A stretch of DNA of 27,690 nucleotides from Gemmatimonadaceae bacterium (GCA_040902005.1 JBBDYA010000064.1:3088-30777), one strand, 5' to 3'. Shown: positions 1 to 12,125, counted from the first letter of the stretch. A program made the numbers and translations. The notes: generated by a model from the letters alone, not told the origin.

Positions 1-1
1 C

Positions 2-664
2 CCACCGCCATCCGGCGTGCGCATCGTCACGGAAACGCGCATGCGCTTCAATCCCACGCTCGAGAGCGTGAATCTCTTCGTCCCGGGGCTCATCGCGCTC
101 GTGCTCACGCTCGTGTCCGCGATGATGACGGCCATCTCGCTGTCGCGCGAAAAGGAGCGCGGCACGCTCGAAGTGCTGCTCGTGTCGCCGCTGCGTCCCT
201 GGCAGATCATCGTCGGCAAGGTGCTGCCCTACCTGGTGCTGGCGTTCGCGAACGTGGTGACGGCGCTGCTGGCGGCGTGGCTGGTGTTCCAGGTGCCGTT
301 CCGGGGCAGCCTGTTGCTGCTGCTGTTCGCCTGCATCCTGTTTTCGATCGTGTCGCTCGGCATCGGCGTGTTCGTCGCCGCGCGCACGGCGTCGCAGCGC
401 GGCGCGATGCTCGCCGCGATGCTGGGCACGATGCTTCCGAGCACGCTGCTGTCCGGCATGATCTTTCCCATCGCGAGCATGCCCGCCTGGCTGGCGCCGT
501 TCACGAACGTCGTTCCGGCGCGATGGTTCATCGTCATCGCGCGCGGCATCATGCTCAAGGGGGTGGGCGTGCCGCACCTCTGGCGCGAGCTGCTCGTGCT
601 CGCGGTCATGATGGCCGTGGTGATGGCGCTCTCCATTCGCAGCTTCAAGCCCAGGATGGGCTGA
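2..664 (+). CDS. ABC-2 type transporter permease (YbhS-like), 5'-truncated by the window edge
   Basis: Frame is open from base 2. Contains FNP...FVPGLIA, REKERGTLE.L...PL...I..GK, LLSG..FPI..MP.W and several hydrophobic helices typical of ABC-2 membrane domains. Confidence 0.9.
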   Translation, partial: PPPSGVRIVTETRMRFNPTLESVNLFVPGLIALVLTLVSAMMTAISLSREKERGTLEVLLVSPLRPWQIIVGKVLPYLVLAFANVVTALLAAWLVFQVPFRGSLLLLLFACILFSIVSLGIGVFVAARTASQRGAMLAAMLGTMLPSTLLSGMIFPIASMPAWLAPFTNVVPARWFIVIARGIMLKGVGVPHLWRELLVLAVMMAVVMALSIRSFKPRMG

Positions 665-666
665 CC

Positions 667-1782
667 ATGCGCACGCTGGCGGTGCTGCTGCGAAAGGAGT
701 TTCTCCAGATCGTGCGCGACCGGTTCATGCTGCGTCAGATCATCGCGATGCCCATCGTGCAGCTGCTGATCCTGTCGAGCGCGGCCACCTTCGAGGTGAA
801 GACGGCGCGGATGTACGTGGTGGACCGCGACCAGAGCGTGTTGTCGCGCGCCCTCGTGGACCGCTTGCGCGCGTCCGGGCGGTTCGTCGTGGTGGCGGCC
901 ACGCCCTCCATGGAACGCGCGAGCGACGCCATGCTCCACCGCCGGGTGGACCTGATTCTCGGCGTGCCGGCGGATTTCGAGCGCGACGTGACGCGGACGC
1001 GCACGGCCAGCGTGCAGCTCACGCTCAACGCCGAAGACGGCGCCGCGGCCGGCGTCACGCAGGCGTACGCGTCGCGGATCATCCGGGACTTCGGCATGGA
1101 GTTGGGCGCGTCGCTCGCGCCGGCCCTCCGCGCGGGTCCGGTGGTGGACGTGCACACACGCGGCTGGTACAACCCCACGCTCGACTATCGCGACTACATG
1201 GTGCCAGGCATCCTGGTACAGCTCGTGACCGTGATCGGCACGCTGCTCACGGCCATGAACATCGTGCGCGAGAAGGAGATCGGCACGCTGGAGCAGCTAA
1301 GCGTCACGCCGCTCGGCCGCGGGACCTTCATCGCCGCGAAGCTGCTGCCGCTCTGGGCCATCGCGCTGGTGGGGCTGACGCTTGGACTCGTCGTGGCAAA
1401 AGTGGTGTTCAGCGTGCCCATGGAAGGGAGCCTCTTGCTCGTGTTCTTCGCCGCGGCCATCTACCTCGTGGCGGCCCTGGGCATCGGCCTCTGGGTGTCC
1501 ACCGTGGCGCATACACAGCAGCAGGCCATGTTCGTCACCTTCTTCATCATCATGATCTACCTGCTGATGAGCGGGCTGTTCACGCCGGTGCGATCCATGC
1601 CGGACTGGGCGCAATGGATGTCGGAGCTGAATCCGGTGAAGCACTTCATCCACGTGATGCGAGCGGTGCTGCTGAAGGGGGCGGGGATCGCGGACGTGGC
1701 GAAACCCATTGCGATGCTCGCGGGGCTGGGGGTGGCGGTCCTGGCGCTCGCCGTTCGGCAGCACGGGAGGCGCGCGGCATGA
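667..1782 (+). CDS. ABC-2 type transporter permease (YbhR-like)
   Basis: ATG at 667 lies 2 nt after the previous stop. Contains KEFLQ..RD, VVDRDQS..SR.L, WYNP.L....MVPG, REKEIGTLEQL.VTP and MSGLFTPV.SMP.W. The ORF track's 277 start is an upstream shadow extension. Confidence 0.9.
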   Translation: MRTLAVLLRKEFLQIVRDRFMLRQIIAMPIVQLLILSSAATFEVKTARMYVVDRDQSVLSRALVDRLRASGRFVVVAATPSMERASDAMLHRRVDLILGVPADFERDVTRTRTASVQLTLNAEDGAAAGVTQAYASRIIRDFGMELGASLAPALRAGPVVDVHTRGWYNPTLDYRDYMVPGILVQLVTVIGTLLTAMNIVREKEIGTLEQLSVTPLGRGTFIAAKLLPLWAIALVGLTLGLVVAKVVFSVPMEGSLLLVFFAAAIYLVAALGIGLWVSTVAHTQQQAMFVTFFIIMIYLLMSGLFTPVRSMPDWAQWMSELNPVKHFIHVMRAVLLKGAGIADVAKPIAMLAGLGVAVLALAVRQHGRRAA

Positions 1783-1817
1783 TGCTCGCAGCAGGGGCGC
1801 GCAGTCGCGTATCAACA

Positions 1818-1833
1818 TGTGAAACATCTGAGA
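1818..1833. promoter_or_regulatory. Possible CRP/FNR-family binding site
   Basis: TGTGA-AACATC-TGAGA matches 8/10 positions of TGTGA-N6-TCACA. It lies in an AT-richer intergenic gap upstream of the receiver-like gene. Confidence 0.25.
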
Positions 1834-1864
1834 ACGACAGATCTGGAAGAGCTCGCTTAGCTTC

Positions 1865-2314
1865 GTGAGGCACGTCCTTGCTCCATATACCGCGAACGCC
1901 TACCTGTCTGCGCGGAACGTGAACGCCTATAGTCGTCGCGCCGTAGCGGCCCTGATATTGTCACCCGATCCCCTGGGCGCCGCGCTGCTGGCGGCCGCGG
2001 TGGAGCTCGCGGGCTTCCGCGTGGACTTTGCCATCCCAGGCGAAGGCGGCGCTGACGCGGTGCGCCGGGTGAAGCCGCGGATCGTGCTGGTGGATTGCCA
2101 GGACGAGCGCCTGCGCGACGAGGGGCTGGTCGGGCCCGCGATCATGATCGGCGCGTGGATCTTTCTCTATGGTACGCGCGACGGGTTGCGGGACATGTCC
2201 GTCATCGCGTCTCGGCACGGCGCGGAAGTCATCGCGCTGCCGGAGGACATCGAGCGCCTGGCGCCGCTGCTCGCCCGGGCGAAGGAATCCAAGCGCGAGC
2301 AGTCCGCCTCGTAG
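1865..2314 (+). CDS. Stand-alone atypical receiver (REC-like) domain protein; start may be GTG 1919
   Basis: Alternating beta/alpha pattern LILSPD...AGFRV...GEGGADAVRRVKPRIVLVD resembles the N-terminal half of a REC domain. The acidic pair and the KP lysine are degenerate. Confidence 0.55.
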   Translation: MRHVLAPYTANAYLSARNVNAYSRRAVAALILSPDPLGAALLAAAVELAGFRVDFAIPGEGGADAVRRVKPRIVLVDCQDERLRDEGLVGPAIMIGAWIFLYGTRDGLRDMSVIASRHGAEVIALPEDIERLAPLLARAKESKREQSAS

Positions 2315-2332
2315 CTGGGGCGACGAGGATCC

Positions 2333-3124
2333 CTAGAGCAGGGAACGGATCCACCCGCCGTCCACCGCGATCGACTGCGCGGTGACGTAGCTCGCGCGCT
2401 CGCTGGCGAGGAAGGCAACCATCGCGCCGAACTCCCGCGGTTCACCGAGCCGGCGCATCGGAATCTGCGCCTCGATGCGGCGCTCGATCTCCGCCACGTC
2501 CAACCCCTCGCGCGACGCGGTCGCGGCGTTGAGCTGCGCCACGCGATCGGTGCGCGTGTAGCCGGGCAACACGTTGTTGACCGTGATGCCGTCGCGCGCC
2601 ACCTCGTTCGCCAGCGTGCGCGCCCAGCCGGTGACCGCGGAACGCACGGCGTTGGAGAGCATGAGGCCGTCCACCGGCTGCTTCACGGCGATCGACGTGA
2701 TGTTGATGACGCGTCCCCAGCGGCGCTCGCGCATGCCCGGGAGCACGAATCGGGTGAGCTCCACCGCGCTGCGCAGCGTCAGCTCCACGGCTTTCTCCCA
2801 GGCGTCCCACCGGTGCTGCTCGAAGGGGCCGGGCGCGGGGCCGCCGGCGTTGTTCACCAGCACGTCTACCCGTCCGAACCGCTCGAGCGCTTCCCGCGCC
2901 ACCCGCTCGATACCCTCCATGGTGGAGACGTCAGCGATCACCGCATGCACTTCGGCGTCTGAGTGTTTCCTGATGCCTCCGGCCGTGGCCTCGAGCGCCT
3001 CTGCGCCGCGGGCACACAGGACCAGCCGCGCGCCCTCCGCGGCCAGCTCCTCGGCGACGGCCCGTCCAAGGCCCTTGCTCGCCGCCGAGACCAGCGCGAC
3101 CTTGCCGCGAATCCCCAGGTCCAT
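2333..3124 (-). CDS. SDR family oxidoreductase (FabG/BKR-like subgroup)
   Basis: GKVALVSAASKGLG dinucleotide-binding motif, VLVNNAGGP, GRVINITS, ITVNNVLPGYTRT and ASYVTAQSIAVDGG. Confidence 0.92.
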   Translation of the reverse strand: MDLGIRGKVALVSAASKGLGRAVAEELAAEGARLVLCARGAEALEATAGGIRKHSDAEVHAVIADVSTMEGIERVAREALERFGRVDVLVNNAGGPAPGPFEQHRWDAWEKAVELTLRSAVELTRFVLPGMRERRWGRVINITSIAVKQPVDGLMLSNAVRSAVTGWARTLANEVARDGITVNNVLPGYTRTDRVAQLNAATASREGLDVAEIERRIEAQIPMRRLGEPREFGAMVAFLASERASYVTAQSIAVDGGWIRSLL

Positions 3125-3127
3125 GAA

Positions 3128-3490
3128 TCAGCGCCGCAGGTAGGCGTCGGTCTTGTTGATCCAGTCCTCGCGCGGCGGGCTGAAGATGTCCACGTCCAGC
3201 GTGTCCTCGATCGCCTCGGCCTTGTGCCAGACGTTGGACGGTATGTGCAGCACCTCGCCGGCGTGGACGACCACCTCCTGCTTCTCGTCCTCGCCGATCC
3301 AGAAGCGCAGCGCGCCCTCCAGGATGTAGGTGAGCTGCTCGTTCTCGTGCTGGTGGCGCGGCACGATGCATCCCTTCTTGAGGTACACGTGCGCGAGCAT
3401 CATCCGGTCGCCGGTGATCAGCTTGCGGTCGAGCATTGGCGACACCTGCTCGCGTGGCATCGCGTCCCAGCGGTAGTGCGTGACATTCAT
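3128..3490 (-). CDS. Cupin domain protein (KdgF-like/cupin_2)
   Basis: Cupin motif 1 PRHQHENEQLTYILEG and motif 2 GEVLHIPSNVWH, plus a C-terminal D.FSPPRED. Confidence 0.88.
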   Translation of the reverse strand: MNVTHYRWDAMPREQVSPMLDRKLITGDRMMLAHVYLKKGCIVPRHQHENEQLTYILEGALRFWIGEDEKQEVVVHAGEVLHIPSNVWHKAEAIEDTLDVDIFSPPREDWINKTDAYLRR

Positions 3491-3508
3491 GGGCGTGTGG
3501 TGTGGAGG

Positions 3509-6504
<2,996 letters not shown>

Positions 6505-6508
<4 letters not shown>

Positions 6509-7575
6509 GGTGCAGTCGCATCCCCCGATCCGTGGTGATGGACCGTGCGCGTCGGGAAGGCGAACTCGATCTTCTCCGCCGCGAAGCGCCGGAGCAGTGC
6601 CATATTGATGGCGTGCTGGGTATTCGCGTACGTGTGGTAGTCGGCCGCGAGCACGAAGTACACCGTCTCGATCCGCAGCGACGATTCCGCGAACGTGAGA
6701 AAGTGCGACCGGTCGAACCGCGTGAGCTTCTGCCCCTCGACCACCTCGCGGATGATCGCCGGCAGGCGGTCCATCTGCTCCGGCGGCGTGTCGTAGGTGA
6801 CGTCGAGCGTGAACACGATGCGCCGCTGCTCCATTCGCTTGTAGTTCCGGATGCGGCTCTTGAGCAGGTCGTTGTTCGAGATGATGATCTGCTCTCCACC
6901 CAGACTGCGCAGCCGCGTGGTCTTGAGGCCGATGTGCTCGACGGTGCCCAGCACGGTGTCCACGATGATGAAGTCGCCCACCACAAACGGCTTGTCCAGC
7001 ACGATCGCGAGCGCGGCGAACAGGTCGCCCAGGATGTTCTGCACGGCCAGCGCGATCGCGATGCCGCCCACACCCAGCCCCGCGACGAGCGCCGTGACCT
7101 GGATGCCGAAATGGTCGAGCGCCGTGACGGCCAGCAGCGCCCAGAGCAGGAAGCGACCGCCGTACCCCACCGCCTGGATGGTGGTCCGCGCGCCGACGTC
7201 GCCTTCCTCGCGCATCCGCGAGTAATGGTTCACGGCGAAGCCGATCAGGCCGCCGCCCCACACGCCCACCTGGATCAGGACGAGCACGATCGAGAAGTTC
7301 GTGAGCACGCCGCCCACGCGCGCATCGGGCGGGATGACGCGTAGCGCCGCCTGGAGCGCCAGCACGAAGAGGAAATACGGACGCGTGCGCCGGAGGATCT
7401 CCAGCGCGAGGTCGTCCCACTGCATCGTGGTGCGCGCGGCGATCGCGGCGAGCCGCGTCAGTGCCACCTTGCGAATGACGGCCAGCAGCGCGTATACGCC
7501 GCCGAGCGTGCCGGCCGCGATCAGCCACTGGAGCAGCGTGGCGCCGAACGCCGAGCGGTCGAGGATGTCTTGCAC
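6505..7575 (-). CDS. mscS: Small-conductance mechanosensitive channel (MscS family)
   Basis: ALVAGLGVGGIAIALAVQNILGDLFA, DKPFVVGDFI, GTVEHIGLKTTRLRSL.GE...ISN, and IEFAFPTRTV. Confidence 0.93.
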
Positions 7576-7647
7576 TGCCGGCTAAGCTAGCGCCATCCGA
7601 GCCGGGTTGTCACCCGCTTGCGCCCTCCGGGGCGCGCCGACTCATTC

Positions 7648-9129
7648 TCACCCGGCTGCCGCGCGACGCGTTGCCACGGGTTGCGTGCACACGTCGCAGA
7701 CCCCGCACTGCCAGGCGTCGCCCGCGGGCTCGGCGAAGTACTGGAGGATGAACCGCGTGCGGCACTGCGCCGACTGGCAGTACGCCACCATGGCGCGAAG
7801 CTTCGCGCGATCCTGCAGGCGCCGGTGCTCGTAGTCGGTGAGATCCGCGCTCAGGTCAAGGTCCGTGAGCCGCTGGTCGCTGACGCGTTCCCACGCGCCA
7901 CCGCGGTATTCGCGCGCGAGGCCGTGCCGCTTGAGCAGCACCAAAACGATCTTCGTCTTGCGCCGCGCCACGCCGGACTGCTGCGCCAGCGCGTCGATGA
8001 GCACGTGCGCTCCAAGCGGAATCTTCTCCAGCACGAGGGCCACCCGCGCCGCTTCCTCCACGTCAGGGTACTTGCCCCCCAGGAAATACGACTGCACGCG
8101 ACTGTCTTCCACGCGGTAGAGAATCGAACAGGTGGCCGGCAGGCCGTCGCGCCCCGCGCGCCCCGCTTCCTGATAGTACGACTCCACCGACCCGGGAAAG
8201 TGGAAGTGCACCACGAAGCGCAGGTCGTGCTTGTCGATGCCCAGCCCGAATGCGTTGGTCGCGATCATCGCGCGAAACTCGTCCGCCATGAACCGGTCCT
8301 GCGTGTCCTTCCGGTCCGCCGCACTCATCCTGCCGTGGTAGAGACCCAGCGGAAATTGCTCCGACAGCCGTTCCTTCAGCTGCTCCGCTTCGCGAATGGT
8401 CGCGCAGTACACCACGCCCACGCCGTCGGTTTCCTCCAGGATCCGAACCAGCTCCCGATCCTTCATTGCCGCGTTCACGGTGCGGTGCACCTCGAATCGC
8501 AGGTTCGGCCGCGCGAATCCCGTGATCGTCACGTGCGGATCGCGCATCCCCAGCTGCCGGATGATGTCCTGCCGGACCTCGTCGGTCGCGGTTGCCGTCA
8601 GCGCGAGAATCGGCGGACGCCCCAGGCGCGGGACCACGGACCCCAGCGTGAGATAGTCCGGCCGGAAATCGTGCCCCCATTGGCTTACGCAGTGCGCCTC
8701 GTCCACGACGAAGAGGCTCACCCGGCGCGTGAGCAGGCGCTCGAAGAACTCGCGGTCCTTGAAGCGCTCGGGAGTGAGATAGAGAATCTCCCCCTCGCCT
8801 TCCTCCACCTGCCGGGCCGTTTCGCGCGCCTCCGCGGTGTTCAGGTGCGAGTGCATGGCGAGCGCATCCACGCCGCAGGCCAGCAGCTTGTCCTGCTGGT
8901 CCTTCATCAGCGCGATCAGTGGGCTGACCACCACCGTCAGGCCGCGGATCATCAGCGCGGGAAGCTGATAGATGATGGACTTGCCGCTGCCCGTGGGCAT
9001 GACGACAAGCGCGTCTTCACCGCGCAGCGTGGCGCGTATCGGCTCCCACTGACCGATCTGGAAGTCGTCGTGTCCGAAGCGCGCCGCGAGAACCTGACGC
9101 GCGCGCGCCTTGGATGGTGATCCGGGCAT
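7648..9129 (-). CDS. recQ: RecQ-family ATP-dependent DNA helicase, short form without HRDC
   Basis: [67 protein letters not shown], and a C-terminal CR...YF...CGVCDVC zinc site. Confidence 0.93.
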   Translation of the reverse strand: MPGSPSKARARQVLAARFGHDDFQIGQWEPIRATLRGEDALVVMPTGSGKSIIYQLPALMIRGLTVVVSPLIALMKDQQDKLLACGVDALAMHSHLNTAEARETARQVEEGEGEILYLTPERFKDREFFERLLTRRVSLFVVDEAHCVSQWGHDFRPDYLTLGSVVPRLGRPPILALTATATDEVRQDIIRQLGMRDPHVTITGFARPNLRFEVHRTVNAAMKDRELVRILEETDGVGVVYCATIREAEQLKERLSEQFPLGLYHGRMSAADRKDTQDRFMADEFRAMIATNAFGLGIDKHDLRFVVHFHFPGSVESYYQEAGRAGRDGLPATCSILYRVEDSRVQSYFLGGKYPDVEEAARVALVLEKIPLGAHVLIDALAQQSGVARRKTKIVLVLLKRHGLAREYRGGAWERVSDQRLTDLDLSADLTDYEHRRLQDRAKLRAMVAYCQSAQCRTRFILQYFAEPAGDAWQCGVCDVCTQPVATRRAAAG

Positions 9130-9130
9130 A

Positions 9131-9164
9131 CCCCGCAGGGGGGCAACAAATGTTCCCCGCGGGG
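9131..9164. promoter_or_regulatory. Imperfect GC-rich hairpin immediately upstream of the recQ start
   Basis: CCCCGC (9131-9136) pairs with GCGGGG (9159-9164), with inner GGGG/CCCC and AAC/GTT pairs. Confidence 0.4.
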
Positions 9165-9181
9165 CAGCCGACGGTTCGTCG

Positions 9182-9226
9182 CTACCTCCGGTCCAGTATG
9201 TGGTTGAGGGAACCTTTGGTCTGCAT
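9182..9226 (-). CDS. Candidate small ORF / leader peptide [14 protein letters not shown]
   Basis: The minus strand reads GGAGG-ATAACTCACC-ATG...TAG, giving 14 codons in the recQ-msrP intergenic region. Confidence 0.3.
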   Translation of the reverse strand: MQTKGSLNHILDRR

Positions 9227-9317
9227 GGTGAGTTATCCTCCGATCAGGCTGGTTCGCCCCATGAAGGGGCACGCGGTGTACCTGTCGGTTTCGGCCATTC
9301 CGGCCAATGTTTCCGAT

Positions 9318-9343
9318 ACGGTCGTGTCGCGTTGAACGACCGT
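9318..9343. promoter_or_regulatory. Perfect 8-bp inverted repeat (operator or hairpin candidate) upstream of msrP
   Basis: ACGGTCGT-N10-ACGACCGT ends 25 nt before the msrP ATG. Confidence 0.4.
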
Positions 9344-9368
9344 CCTGTCATCCTGAACGCGCCGTCCC

Positions 9369-10325
9369 ATGCTCATCAAACGTCCGACCGATATCCCGTC
9401 GTCCGAGATCACCTCCGAACGCGACTACCTGGGCCGGCGCCGGTTCCTCCGCGCGATGGGCCTGGGCGGGGCAGCGCTCACGGTAGGCGCGCCGCAGCTG
9501 CTGGCGGCGTGCTCCGCCGATGCGGCGCGGGATGAGGCCTTTCGCGACTTCACCGAAGCGCCCGGTCAGGAGGAAACGCCGAACACGTACGAGGAGATCA
9601 CCAGCTACAACAACTTCTACGAGTTCGGCACGGGGAAGGAAGACCCGAAGGCCAACGCCGGTTCGTTCCGCCCCAGCCCGTGGACGGTGCGCGTGGACGG
9701 GTTGGTCGACAAGCCGGGCGACTACCAGTACGAGGATTTGATCAAGCCGCACACGGTGGTGGACCGCACCTACCGGCTGCGGTGCGTGGAAGCGTGGAGC
9801 ATGGTCATTCCGTGGCAGGGAATCCCACTCGCCGACATGATCAAGCGATTCGCGCCCAGGCCCGCCGCGAGGTACGTAGCCTTCACGACCGTGGTGCGCC
9901 CGAGCGAGATGCCGGGGCAGCGGCGCCCGACCCTCGACTGGCCGTACGTGGAGGGGCTGCGACTGGATGAGGCGATGCATCCGCTCACCCTGATGGTCAC
10001 GGGGCTGTACGGCCGCCCGCTGCCGAATCAGAACGGCGCGCCCATCCGGCTGGTGGTGCCCTGGAAGTACGGCTTCAAGGGAATCAAGTCCATCGTGAGG
10101 ATTTCCTTCACGGAGAAGGAGCCGCCAACCTCCTGGAACATCGCGATTCCGAACGAATACGGGTTCTACGCGAACGTGAATCCAGCAGTGGACCATCCCC
10201 GCTGGACCCAGGCGACCGAACGTCGGATCGGCGAATTCCGCCGCCGCCCCACGCTGATGTTCAACGGGTACGCGGACCAGGTGGCCAGCATGTACGCGGG
10301 GATGGATCTGCGCCGTCAGTACTGA
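9369..10325 (+). CDS. msrP: Protein-methionine-sulfoxide reductase catalytic subunit MsrP (YedY, molybdoenzyme)
   Basis: MLIK...I.SSEIT, Tat motif [67 protein letters not shown] and [17 protein letters not shown]. Confidence 0.97.
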   Translation: MLIKRPTDIPSSEITSERDYLGRRRFLRAMGLGGAALTVGAPQLLAACSADAARDEAFRDFTEAPGQEETPNTYEEITSYNNFYEFGTGKEDPKANAGSFRPSPWTVRVDGLVDKPGDYQYEDLIKPHTVVDRTYRLRCVEAWSMVIPWQGIPLADMIKRFAPRPAARYVAFTTVVRPSEMPGQRRPTLDWPYVEGLRLDEAMHPLTLMVTGLYGRPLPNQNGAPIRLVVPWKYGFKGIKSIVRISFTEKEPPTSWNIAIPNEYGFYANVNPAVDHPRWTQATERRIGEFRRRPTLMFNGYADQVASMYAGMDLRRQY

Positions 10326-10341
10326 GGGCCGGACCATCAAC

Positions 10342-10962
10342 GTGCTGCGGCTCAAGCCGCTGGTATTCGTGCTCTGCCTGGTTCCCGCGTTCGTCATGAT
10401 CTGGGACGTGGCGCAGATCATTCGCGGCACCAGTGGGCTCACGGGGCTCGGGGCCAACCCGATCACCGAGATCCAGATCCGCACGGGGCTGTGGACGATG
10501 CGGTTTCTCGCCGTCACGCTGGCGATCACCCCCGTCCGTGAACTGCTCCATCTGGGCGTGCTGGCGAAGTACCGCCGGATGTTCGGCCTGTTCACGTACT
10601 TCTATGCGTGCCTGCACCTGGCCACCTGGGTGGGCGTGGACTGGTTCTTCGACTGGGGCGCGATGGCCGACGAGATCGTGAAGCACAAGTACATCCTCGT
10701 GGGCATGGCCACCTTCCTGATCCTCACGCCCCTCGCGCTGACGTCTACCAACGGCTGGGTCCGGCGGCTGGGAGGGAAGCGCTGGTCGCGTCTGCACCGG
10801 CTGGTCTACCTCGCCGCCATCGGCGGCACGGTGCACTACCTGTGGGCGGTAAAGAAGGACACGCTCTTTCCCCTGGTGTATTTCGCGCTCTTCGCGGTGC
10901 TGCTCGCGTACCGCCTTCGCCGGCCACTCAGGTCGCTTCGCTCGGCTCAAGCGCGCCGATGA
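10342..10962 (+). CDS. msrQ: Heme-binding membrane subunit MsrQ (YedZ)
   Basis: LGANP, TG.W, L.ITP, RRMFGL..YFYACLH, PLALTS and W.RLHRLVY.....VHY.W; directly follows msrP. Confidence 0.95.
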   Translation: MLRLKPLVFVLCLVPAFVMIWDVAQIIRGTSGLTGLGANPITEIQIRTGLWTMRFLAVTLAITPVRELLHLGVLAKYRRMFGLFTYFYACLHLATWVGVDWFFDWGAMADEIVKHKYILVGMATFLILTPLALTSTNGWVRRLGGKRWSRLHRLVYLAAIGGTVHYLWAVKKDTLFPLVYFALFAVLLAYRLRRPLRSLRSAQARR

Positions 10963-12125
10963 CGCCGGTGTCGCCGGTGTCGCCGCGGCTGGACTGCTTT
11001 GCGATCGCGGCGCCCGGACTGGAACCGCTCGTCGCGCGCGAGCTCACCGCACTCGGCGAAACGCCGCGCATCGAGGACGGCGGCGTGAGCTGGTCTGGAG
11101 ACGCGCGCTCGATGATGCGCGCCAATCTCTGGCTTCGCACGGCGAGCCGCGTGCTGGTGCGCGTGGCGCGATTCCGGGCAACCGAGTTCTACGAGCTCGA
11201 GAAACGTGCGAAGAAGATTCCCTGGGGGGAGTTCGTGTTTCCCGGACACGCAGTGGAGTTCCGTGTGACCGCGCGGAAGTCCAGACTGTACCATTCGGAC
11301 GCGATCGCCGAACGCCTGAGCAGGAGCGTGGGCGCGTCGGCGAAGCGGGCGAAGCTGGCGAAGGCAAGCGCTCCGCGTGCCGGCGGTGACGCGGGCCAGC
11401 TGTTCGTGGTACGCGTGGTGCGCGATGAGTTCGAGATCAGCGTGGACAGCAGCGGCGACCTGCTGCACCAGCGGGGCTACCGGCGCGCCGTGGCCAAGGC
11501 GCCGTTGCGCGAAACCCTCGCGGCAGCCCTGCTGCTGGCGGCCGAATGGACCGGAGACGCGCCCACTCCCCTGGTCGATCCCATGTGCGGCTCGGGCACC
11601 ATCCCGATCGAGGGCGCCCTGATCGCACGCCGGATCGCGCCCGGTATCCGGCGCGGATTCGCTTTCGAGAGCTGGCCGGGGTTCCAGGCGAGCGTGTGGA
11701 CCAGGGTCCGCGCGGACGCCCGTGCCAACGAGCTCGCCAGCGCGCGAGGCCCGATCCTCGGCTCGGATCGCGACGCGGGCGCTGTCGAGTCCGCTCTGGC
11801 CAACGCGGAGCGCGCCGGCGTGACGGCGGACGTCACCTTCAGGAGTGCTCCCGTCTCGGCGATCCAACCGCCGGGCGCGGCAAGCGGACTCGTCGCCACC
11901 AACCCGCCCTACGGGGTGCGCGTTGGGAGCGGCAGCGGGACAGACCTGCGTAACCTGTACGCGCAGCTGGGGAACGTGCTGCGGGAACGGTTCTCCGGGT
12001 GGCGGCTGGCCATGTACTCCCCCGAGAGCAGGTTGACGAGCCAGCTTGCGCTGCCCGTGCGCGAGGCGTTCCGCACGTCCAATGGCGGGATCAAGGTCGC
12101 TGCCGTCATTGGAGAGGTACGGTAG
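10959..12125 (+). CDS. THUMP-domain class I SAM-dependent RNA methyltransferase (RlmL/UPF0020-like)
   Basis: ATG at 10959 overlaps the msrQ stop (ATGA). Contains APGLE....EL, ANLWLRTASRVL, DSSGDLLHQRGYR, APLRETLAAA, DPMCGSGTIPIE and TNPPYG.R. Confidence 0.92.
   Translation: MTPVSPVSPRLDCFAIAAPGLEPLVARELTALGETPRIEDGGVSWSGDARSMMRANLWLRTASRVLVRVARFRATEFYELEKRAKKIPWGEFVFPGHAVEFRVTARKSRLYHSDAIAERLSRSVGASAKRAKLAKASAPRAGGDAGQLFVVRVVRDEFEISVDSSGDLLHQRGYRRAVAKAPLRETLAAALLLAAEWTGDAPTPLVDPMCGSGTIPIEGALIARRIAPGIRRGFAFESWPGFQASVWTRVRADARANELASARGPILGSDRDAGAVESALANAERAGVTADVTFRSAPVSAIQPPGAASGLVATNPPYGVRVGSGSGTDLRNLYAQLGNVLRERFSGWRLAMYSPESRLTSQLALPVREAFRTSNGGIKVAAVIGEVR

Noticed and set aside
6509..7528. 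Apparent 340-aa N-terminal extension making a 1339-aa kinase, or an MscS-kinase fusion
   Set aside because: The extension is an Arg-rich alternative frame of mscS. mscS has its own stop, and the kinase has a coupled GTG start at 6508.
9151..9164. TGTTCCCCGC resembling the start of a type I-E CRISPR repeat
   Set aside because: It is a single copy with no spacers and no cas genes, and is better explained as part of a hairpin.
10608..10958. N-terminal extension of the 505-aa methyltransferase ORF
   Set aside because: It overlaps msrQ in another frame. THUMP/RlmL similarity begins only after ATG 10959.
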